Positions 18,543 to 24,549 of a stretch of 28,227 nucleotides of DNA are shown here, piece after piece; position 1 is the stretch's first letter, and each line of letters begins with the position of its first letter. The position numbers were made by a program, and so were the translations under genes. The stretch is from Pseudomonadota bacterium (lineage in GTDB: Bacteria > UBA10199 > 2-02-FULL-44-16 > JBDRGF01). The stretch lies in contig JBDRGF010000127.1 of the NCBI GenBank assembly GCA_043818055.1, forward strand, positions 1-28,227, read 5' to 3'. Below the pieces are notes generated by a model, which was not told the DNA's origin, ran no database searches, and worked only from the letters and a program-made list of their open reading frames with translations.

Positions 18543-19124
18543 TTATGGCATTACATATTCCGCAATCAACGTCTCGAGCTTTACGCTCTCGGTTGCGCCA
18601 CTCCAGCTCACAACAGTTGTAACCCTTGCATATCCGGAGCCTGGCGCTGGATCCAGAAAATCATCGGTGCTGTTATCGTCATCAGGGTCAACTTCCAGTA
18701 TAGTCACGTTTCTTGTGTATGCGCTGAAATTTCCGGGGAGCTGTCCATCGGAGTAACCCCCGGCGTTTGCAATCACGTAGGCGTATCCCTTGTTTGCCCT
18801 ATCTGCTATAACTTGTTCGAGTTTCTCCTTTGCAAGATTCGAGGCGACGACTGTTTCGTTAGCGACAAGTGAAGATCTCGCTCCGCCGCTGAAGACAAAC
18901 ATAATACCAATAAGCCCCACACCGACGATCGCAAGCGCGAGTATGGCTTCGAGGAGGGAAAGACCGGAAACGCCGTGAAACGCTTGCCCCGTCGAATGAC
19001 TTGGGGTGAAGCGTGAAGCGCTTGCCCCGCCGAATGGCTTGGGGTGAAGCGTTGAGAACCTGTTTTTTATTAACTTAAACACTTCTAAACTTCTACACTT
19101 AAACACTGTTTTTAACTTAAACAC
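18543..19124 (-). CDS. Minor pilin (MshD/PilV-like) with 54-aa repeat-derived leader
   Basis: G|LSLLEAILALAIVGVGL, ASNLAKEKLEQV, VTTVVSW; start GTG 19124 behind AGGAG. Confidence 0.85.
   Translation of the reverse strand: MFKLKTVFKCRSLEVFKLIKNRFSTLHPKPFGGASASRFTPSHSTGQAFHGVSGLSLLEAILALAIVGVGLIGIMFVFSGGARSSLVANETVVASNLAKEKLEQVIADRANKGYAYVIANAGGYSDGQLPGNFSAYTRNVTILEVDPDDDNSTDDFLDPAPGSGYARVTTVVSWSGATESVKLETLIAEYVMP
18975..19051. repeat. (GTGAAGC)4 array carrying two 24-bp hairpin inserts, inside the prepilin leader
   Basis: gtgaaac g[cttgccccgtcgaatgacttgggg]tgaagc gtgaagc g[cttgccccgccgaatggcttgggg]tgaagc. Confidence 0.9.
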
Positions 19125-19139
19125 TTCTACACTCCTACA
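19073..19139. repeat. Double octamer array containing AGGAG RBS and GTG start (copy 2)
   Basis: acttaaac acttctaa acttctac acttaaac actgttttta acttaaac acttctac actcctac a. Confidence 0.88.
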
Positions 19140-19140
19140 T

Positions 19141-19662
19141 TTATTGTATCGCCACCCGCCCTGTGACGGCGGTTACGGAGATTGTTTTGGTCAGCGAGCC
19201 GTCGGTGATCTGGACGCTGCCCCCACCTCCTGTAGTGGGAGCACCCAGTGAATTGAATTCGACGGTGTAATCGCCGCCTGTTATCGAAACACCGGGCCAT
19301 TTTGGAAAGGTCTCTATCAGATTTTCTTTATCGAGAGGGCTTTGTACCGGAGTTCCGACTGTAGTTTCATAGACCGTATATCTGTCATTAGCGTCATCGA
19401 AAAAGACGCCAAACGTCGTACCCCGCTTTGTCATCGCGAGGCTTCTCGCATGTTCGATATCCGAGCGCACCTTCTCCGAGGCTATCACTACATATGACTC
19501 TTTGATATTGTATATTTTACTGATTGCAGCAACAGCGAGAATGCCGATGAGCGCAATTACAAGTACGAGCTCGATGAGGGTAAAGCCGAAAATGCCGTGA
19601 AGCGTGAAGCGTGAAGCGTGAAGCGTCGAGCGCCTGTTCTTCCTTTTTACTGACTTAAACAC
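19141..19662 (-). CDS. Minor pilin (MshC/FimT/GspH-like)
   Basis: G|FTLIELVLVIALIGILAV, SDIEHARSLAM, FNSLGAP, ISVTAVTGRV; start GTG 19662 behind AGGAG. Confidence 0.88.
   Translation of the reverse strand: MFKSVKRKNRRSTLHASRFTLHGIFGFTLIELVLVIALIGILAVAAISKIYNIKESYVVIASEKVRSDIEHARSLAMTKRGTTFGVFFDDANDRYTVYETTVGTPVQSPLDKENLIETFPKWPGVSITGGDYTVEFNSLGAPTTGGGGSVQITDGSLTKTISVTAVTGRVAIQ
19597..19631. repeat. Perfect (GTGAAGC)4 plus one degenerate unit, inside the prepilin leader
   Basis: gtgaagc x4 (19597-19624) then gtcgagc; encodes STLHASRFTLH. Confidence 0.92.
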
Positions 19663-19679
19663 TTCTACACTCCTACACT
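19653..19679. repeat. Octamer array containing AGGAG RBS and GTG start (copy 3)
   Basis: acttaaac acttctac actcctac act. Confidence 0.88.
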
Positions 19680-19686
19680 GCTTTTA

Positions 19687-20109
19687 TCATCCACAAGTTG
19701 CTGCGACATATGCGAATGTTCCACTCGCGGTGCTGTATTGATAGTATGAGTTGTCTCCGCCGTCGGTGTACTGATAGCAATCGGCGTCCACCTTGGTCCA
19801 ACCTCTTGTAACTCCACCTTTGACGATTGTGCTGAAGCACTGATTCGCCTGAGAACATGCCGTTGCGTCGGCAACAGCATCGAGGGTTGCCGGATATGAC
19901 TCGGCATTTCCTTGCGAAATCTGTGATGCAGCATATAGGGATAGACCTGTCTGCACCGCGCCTACGACTGCGTCGCGCGCATTGGTCCTCGCGGTTGTAA
20001 GACTGATGTTGAAGATGTTGGGAAGTGCTGCGACAGCCAATATTCCCAAGAGTGCGATCACTAAAACAAGTTCGATCAATGTAAAACCCTTTGTGCTTCT
20101 GAGATTCAT
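19687..20109 (-). CDS. Probable major type IVa pilin (MshA-like), 140 aa
   Basis: MNLRSTKG|FTLIELVLVIALLGILAVAALP; strong AAGGAGG RBS; four Cys in the head domain; first of the pilin series. Confidence 0.88.
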   Translation of the reverse strand: MNLRSTKGFTLIELVLVIALLGILAVAALPNIFNISLTTARTNARDAVVGAVQTGLSLYAASQISQGNAESYPATLDAVADATACSQANQCFSTIVKGGVTRGWTKVDADCYQYTDGGDNSYYQYSTASGTFAYVAATCG

Positions 20110-20143
20110 AAAATTCCTCCTTAAACTTAAAAAATTATTATTA

Positions 20144-20512
20144 TTACCATTCGACATATTCTTTTGTAGTTGAATTAATCCATCCATTTATCGGACTATA
20201 TACATATGGGTGGCCAAATGGATCTTTCACGGCACCTTGTTTTCTCATCCTCTCCGGAAGATAATATTCGCTTCCACCTATCATCTTGTGTTTAGCAGTC
20301 TCAAGCTCAGTGAAATCATTTGGCGCCCGCGCGTTGTAAAGATAAAACGTGGCAACAGCAAAGCGAAGCGTTCTGAGTTCGTAGATCAGTGATAGTTCTT
20401 TAAAACGGTTGAGATTTCCAATGATGAGAGACCCATAGACTACAGCCAGTATGAATATGATTCCCAAAGAGACCAGCCAGTCGTATTTATATCTTCGGAT
20501 TGACAATGACAT
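20144..20512 (-). CDS. Small single-TM pseudopilin-like protein without a prepilin cleavage site
   Basis: TM helix, ELRTLRFAV, P.D...L, KDPFGHPYVY (GspG-like); GGGGGG RBS before ATG 20512. Confidence 0.7.
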   Translation of the reverse strand: MSLSIRRYKYDWLVSLGIIFILAVVYGSLIIGNLNRFKELSLIYELRTLRFAVATFYLYNARAPNDFTELETAKHKMIGGSEYYLPERMRKQGAVKDPFGHPYVYSPINGWINSTTKEYVEW

Positions 20513-20534
20513 CTTTTCCCCCCCAGCTTTATGA

Positions 20535-20894
20535 TCACCAGCCTTCATATCCGGGCGTGATTGACCAGATATTTCCCGTTTTTGGATCGTAGTCAATTTT
20601 ATTTCCAAATGAATCTATCGGATAATTTTCCTTATCAACCCTGATCCCAGTTAAATAATAACCCTGTTTTTGACCTATCGTGTATTGTTGTGTTGTCAGA
20701 GTTTTTAAATCAGGTGGTAATGTGCTGTTGAGCGTAAAATAGAGTTCAGCACCTGTTCTCACTGCTCTTAATTCAGCGATGAGTGCGAGTTCTTTTGTAG
20801 CGTTATCGTTTTTATGAACCCTGTAGCCGAGAAATGCTGCGGCGATCGCTATGAGAACAATGACAATAGCGATTTGAATCTTTCTATTTCTCAT
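20535..20894 (-). CDS. Small single-TM pseudopilin-like protein, paralogue of 20144..20512
   Basis: TM helix, ELRAVRTGA, PPDLKTL, IDSFGNKIDY, C-terminal YEGW. Confidence 0.72.
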   Translation of the reverse strand: MRNRKIQIAIVIVLIAIAAAFLGYRVHKNDNATKELALIAELRAVRTGAELYFTLNSTLPPDLKTLTTQQYTIGQKQGYYLTGIRVDKENYPIDSFGNKIDYDPKTGNIWSITPGYEGW

Positions 20895-20915
20895 CTGGAA
20901 TCCCCCTTCTAATGT

Positions 20916-20943
20916 GCGGGCGGTTCGCGAACCGCGCCCCTAC
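20916..20943 (-). repeat. Single GTAG-type REP
   Basis: The minus strand reads GTAG-GGGC-GCGGTTCGCGAACCGC-CCGC, 3 nt after the pilC stop. Confidence 0.7.
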
Positions 20944-20946
20944 TAC

Positions 20947-22164
20947 TTACTTTCCTAATATCACTCCTGAGACCTTCCACATCGGCAGGAATATCGCAAG
21001 GGCAAGTCCGCCCACCATAACAAAAATTCCGATCAGTAGCAAGGGCTCAATGAGAGTTGTCAGCTGATCCAGAAGATCACTTGTCTCTTCATCGTAAAAA
21101 ACTGCAGTCGATTCTAACATGTCGTCGAGCGTTCCTGATTTTTCGCCGACCAGGACCGATTCCACCATCAGCGATGTGAAATATTTTCTTCCTCTCATAG
21201 CGTCGGCCATGGAGGATCCCCTCTCGACCAAACTTTTAACCTCTTCAACTTCTATGCGATAAGCCTGATTGCCGATGGTGTTGGCGACTATCGTCAGTGA
21301 TCTGAATATCGGCAGGCCGCTTTTATATAATGATGACACGAGATGTCCGAACCTTGCGTTGGAGACCATCATGTTGAGTTTTCCAAAGACCGGCAATTTG
21401 AATTTGAACTGGTCAAGAAGGAGTCTACCAGGTCCCTTCGATGTAAATCTTTTAAAAGAAACATATCCGCCTATGCCGATGACAAGGCCGATATACCAAT
21501 AATTCACAATGAAATTGCTTATAGCTGTCATGATCAGGGTTGGAAGGGGAAGCTCGGCGCCGTAGCCTGAATAAAATTCTCTAAATGCCGGAACAACAAA
21601 GACCATCATCAGAATGAAAACGGCCACGAAGACGGTCAAAACAATTTTTGGGTAGAGTGTCGCAGACTTTACGTTCGCGTTTATTCGGTGCTCTTTTTTT
21701 AGCATCTCGGCTAGTTCAAAAAGATTCTTATCCAGTGTTCCTGCCTGCTCGCCAACATTGAGCATGTTCACATAGAGCTCACTGAAGAAATGCGGTTGTT
21801 TGCTGAAGCTGTCCGATAGAGAGAGACCGCTCGAGACATCCTGTTTGATATTGGCAAGGGCTTTTTTAAGGTCAGTGCTAGTGGCCTGATCAGAGAGTGT
21901 AGACAATATCTTATCCATGGGAACGCCGGCTTTGAAAAGTGCTGCAAACTGTCTGGTCAATCCGATGAGCTCTCTCGATTTCAACTTTCCCTGGAACTGT
22001 AGAAATTTTGGAAGGTGTAATTCGAGGCTCCCCCCCCTCACATCGACTGGAAAGAGATCCTGCTCGGAGAGTTTTAGCTTGGCCTCTGCAATATCCTCAG
22101 CCTCGATCTCTCCGGTGATAAGCCGGCCGGAATCGTCGCGGGCCTTATAGGAAAAAAGCTTCAT
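20947..22164 (-). CDS. pilC: PilC/GspF/MshG platform protein
   Basis: FSYKARD, TRQFAALFKAGVP, GEQAGTLD, YP, ELPLPT, GEKSGTLD, LIEPLL, AIFLPM. Confidence 0.95.
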   Translation of the reverse strand: MKLFSYKARDDSGRLITGEIEAEDIAEAKLKLSEQDLFPVDVRGGSLELHLPKFLQFQGKLKSRELIGLTRQFAALFKAGVPMDKILSTLSDQATSTDLKKALANIKQDVSSGLSLSDSFSKQPHFFSELYVNMLNVGEQAGTLDKNLFELAEMLKKEHRINANVKSATLYPKIVLTVFVAVFILMMVFVVPAFREFYSGYGAELPLPTLIMTAISNFIVNYWYIGLVIGIGGYVSFKRFTSKGPGRLLLDQFKFKLPVFGKLNMMVSNARFGHLVSSLYKSGLPIFRSLTIVANTIGNQAYRIEVEEVKSLVERGSSMADAMRGRKYFTSLMVESVLVGEKSGTLDDMLESTAVFYDEETSDLLDQLTTLIEPLLLIGIFVMVGGLALAIFLPMWKVSGVILGK

Positions 22165-22170
22165 ACTTTT

Positions 22171-23865
22171 TTATTCTTCCAGAATTCTCAACACTTCGTC
22201 GGCTGTTGTGATTCCAGCCTTAACCTTTTCAATTCCATCTTCGAGCATGCTATGAAAATCTGTTTTCTCCACCTTTTCCCTGATAACGGCCTCGGTGACA
22301 TTTTTTTCTATGGAGCTTCTTATATCATCATTGATATCCAGAATCTCAAAAAGGCCAACGCGTCCATAGTAGCCGGTCTTATGGCATTTTTTACAGCCTT
22401 GTCCTTTATAGGATTTAAAGTTGTTATGCTTTTCTGAAACATATTTCAGTATTTCCCGCGATGGCTCGATCTCGATCTTGCAATCCTGACAGATTCTTCG
22501 TGCAAGCCTCTGGGCCATGACACCAATGATGCCCGTAGAGATCAGGTATGGTTCAATTCCTAAATCCTTGAGCCTCACGATCGCCCCGATAGAGCTGTTT
22601 GTGTGGAGAGTTGAAAAGACTAAGTGTCCGGTCATAGCAGCCTGCAAAGCGAGTTCCGCCGTTTCATGGTCGCGAATCTCTCCGACCATTATCACATCGG
22701 GATCCTGTCGCAGCATCGATCTTAAAGAGGAAGCAAATGTCATACCCGCCTTCACATTCACCTGTTGTTGGTCGATACCTATTATTTCGTGCTCGATAGG
22801 ATCTTCCACGGAAAGGATATGCTTGTCCCTTGAGTTTATCTGCATGAGAGCCCCATAAAGGGTGGTACTCTTTCCTGAGCCGGTAGGGCCGGTGACGAGA
22901 AAAATGCCATGTGGTTTCTTGATCAGAGTTTCAAATTTTTTCATGTCATCTTTGACAAAGCCCATATCTTCGAGCTTTAGCAACTGATCCTTGCTCAGGA
23001 GACGTATGGCGACAGCCTCTCCAAACATCGTAGGATAGGTCGCGATTCTCATGTCGAGCTCTTTCCCCTGAATCCGAACCCTGATCCTTCCATCCTGAGG
23101 CAGACGACGCTCAGCGACATCCATATTGCCCATGATCTTCACGCGGGATACGATAGGAAGGTGCATCTCCTTTGGCAGCGATTGGATATCCTCAAGTATT
23201 CCATCTATTCTGAACCTTATCCTCAACGAACTTCTGCTCGGTTCAAGATGTATGTCGCTCGCCCTGTCTTCAAACGCCCTTGAGATGACATTGTTGACAG
23301 TCGTCACTATCTTTTCTCCCGAAGCTGCTTTTTGCAGATTTTCTACCGGAGCATCATCTGTTGGCTCGTTGTCCAAAGATCCTACTATTTCAACCTTTGG
23401 AGCGGCATCTGCTTCGGTCAGGCTGATTCCCCTGTAGTTTTCTCTGATAGCCCTGTCTATATCAGTCGCTAATGCAAAAATTGGGGTTACCTCGCATCCG
23501 ATCGCTGCGCGTATATCATCCAATGCTGTGAGATCGAGAGGATTGGCCATTGCGATAGTCACCTTATCTTCGATTTTAAAAAGGGGAATAGCACTATGGC
23601 TCTTTGCAACTGATAAGGGTAGGAGGCCTACAACATCGACATCTGCCTTGTATTTGGAGAGCGAGACAAAGGATGTGTTCATCCTTTTGGAGATGATCTT
23701 CAGGAGCTCATCTTCGCTCACAAGATTCTCGCTGATCAAAACCTCTTCCAGCGGACGCCCTGTAGATTTATGAATCTCTCTGGCCTTATTTAACTCCTCA
23801 AGGCTCAAAAGCCCTTCCTCTATAAGGATGGCTTCTATGTCATATGGACCGTGTTCAAATTCCAT
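22171..23865 (-). CDS. pilB: PilB/GspE/MshE extension ATPase
   Basis: ASDIHLEP, RRLPQDGR, Walker A GPTGSGKST, VEDPIE, LRQDPDVIMVGEIRD, TGHLVFSTLHTN, Cys4 zinc motif. Confidence 0.96.
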   Translation of the reverse strand: MEFEHGPYDIEAILIEEGLLSLEELNKAREIHKSTGRPLEEVLISENLVSEDELLKIISKRMNTSFVSLSKYKADVDVVGLLPLSVAKSHSAIPLFKIEDKVTIAMANPLDLTALDDIRAAIGCEVTPIFALATDIDRAIRENYRGISLTEADAAPKVEIVGSLDNEPTDDAPVENLQKAASGEKIVTTVNNVISRAFEDRASDIHLEPSRSSLRIRFRIDGILEDIQSLPKEMHLPIVSRVKIMGNMDVAERRLPQDGRIRVRIQGKELDMRIATYPTMFGEAVAIRLLSKDQLLKLEDMGFVKDDMKKFETLIKKPHGIFLVTGPTGSGKSTTLYGALMQINSRDKHILSVEDPIEHEIIGIDQQQVNVKAGMTFASSLRSMLRQDPDVIMVGEIRDHETAELALQAAMTGHLVFSTLHTNSSIGAIVRLKDLGIEPYLISTGIIGVMAQRLARRICQDCKIEIEPSREILKYVSEKHNNFKSYKGQGCKKCHKTGYYGRVGLFEILDINDDIRSSIEKNVTEAVIREKVEKTDFHSMLEDGIEKVKAGITTADEVLRILEE

Positions 23866-23884
23866 TTAAAACCTCATAAAACAA

Positions 23885-24131
23885 CGTATGTAGTATATGG
23901 CATATAGTATATGGTCAAAAGCTTATTTAACGAATTTTTACCATATACTATATGGGCACCTCTAAAAACCTCTAATTTTATCCTATGGTGTCATTGCGAG
24001 GAGCCCTTAGGGCGACGTGGCAATCCAGGGTTTATAAGCATTACCCCGAGATCGCCACGCCTCCATCCAGGAGGCTCGCGATGACAAACTGGAGGTTTTT
24101 AGAGGTGCCCATATGCCATATGCTATATACG
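23885..24131. repeat. Inverted heptamer element (TATATGG/CATATAG family) whose right arm is split by a MITE
   Basis: Left arm 23885-23914; the right arm rebuilt from 23941-23953 + 24115-24131 matches it at 28/30. Confidence 0.88.
23954..24110. mobile_element. 157-bp MITE with 19-bp perfect terminal inverted repeats and ATAT target duplication
   Basis: GGGCACCTCTAAAAACCTC ... GAGGTTTTTAGAGGTGCCC; ATAT at 23950-23953 and 24111-24114; internal palindromic element tgtcattgcgag...ctcgcgatgaca (23989-24086). Confidence 0.9.
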
Positions 24132-24142
24132 CTTTTGTTTTT

Positions 24143-24517
24143 TTACTCTCCCAAATGTTTTTTTATAATTGCCAACAGGTCGGCGCTTTCAAATGGTTTA
24201 GTGATATAATCATCTGCCCCGACGCTTTTGCCAACCTTCACATCCGATTCCTGACTCCTGGCAGTCAACATGACGACCGGAACATTTTTAAAATCTTCAT
24301 CGAATTTCAAAAACCTGCACACCTGGTAGCCATCCATCTTAGGCATCATGATGTCGAGCAAAATAAGATTGGGATGTGTTTTTCGGGCCTTATCAAGGCC
24401 CTCTTCTCCATCATAGGCAGCCACGACATCGTATCCGTAGGCCTCGAGCCTTTGAGATAATAGATCCACAAGATCCTTTTCGTCATCTATGATCAATATT
24501 TTTTTCTTTTCTCCCAT
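24143..24517 (-). CDS. Single-domain response regulator (CheY-like receiver)
   Basis: ILIIDDE, ILLDIMMPKMDG, MLTA, YITKPF; GGAGG RBS. Confidence 0.94.
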   Translation of the reverse strand: MGEKKKILIIDDEKDLVDLLSQRLEAYGYDVVAAYDGEEGLDKARKTHPNLILLDIMMPKMDGYQVCRFLKFDEDFKNVPVVMLTARSQESDVKVGKSVGADDYITKPFESADLLAIIKKHLGE

Positions 24518-24549
24518 GGTGACACCTCCATAATTCAACATTGTGCTTT

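Noticed and set aside
18500..19680. Recurring identical 25-mers and 33-mers as a CRISPR array
   Set aside because: The 25-mers are separated by whole genes and the 33-mers by only 5 nt. There are no spacer-sized unique sequences and no cas genes.
15983..20109. Diversity-generating retroelement or shufflon acting on the pilins
   Set aside because: No reverse transcriptase, no template/variable repeat pair, no recombinase and no inverted cassettes in the window.
2991..23773. Numerous short plus-strand ORFs inside the minus-strand operons
   Set aside because: Antisense to well-supported genes, with no recognisable motifs.
23985..24209. 74-aa ORF (MVSLRGALRATWQS...)
   Set aside because: Translation of the MITE-internal palindrome; no protein features.
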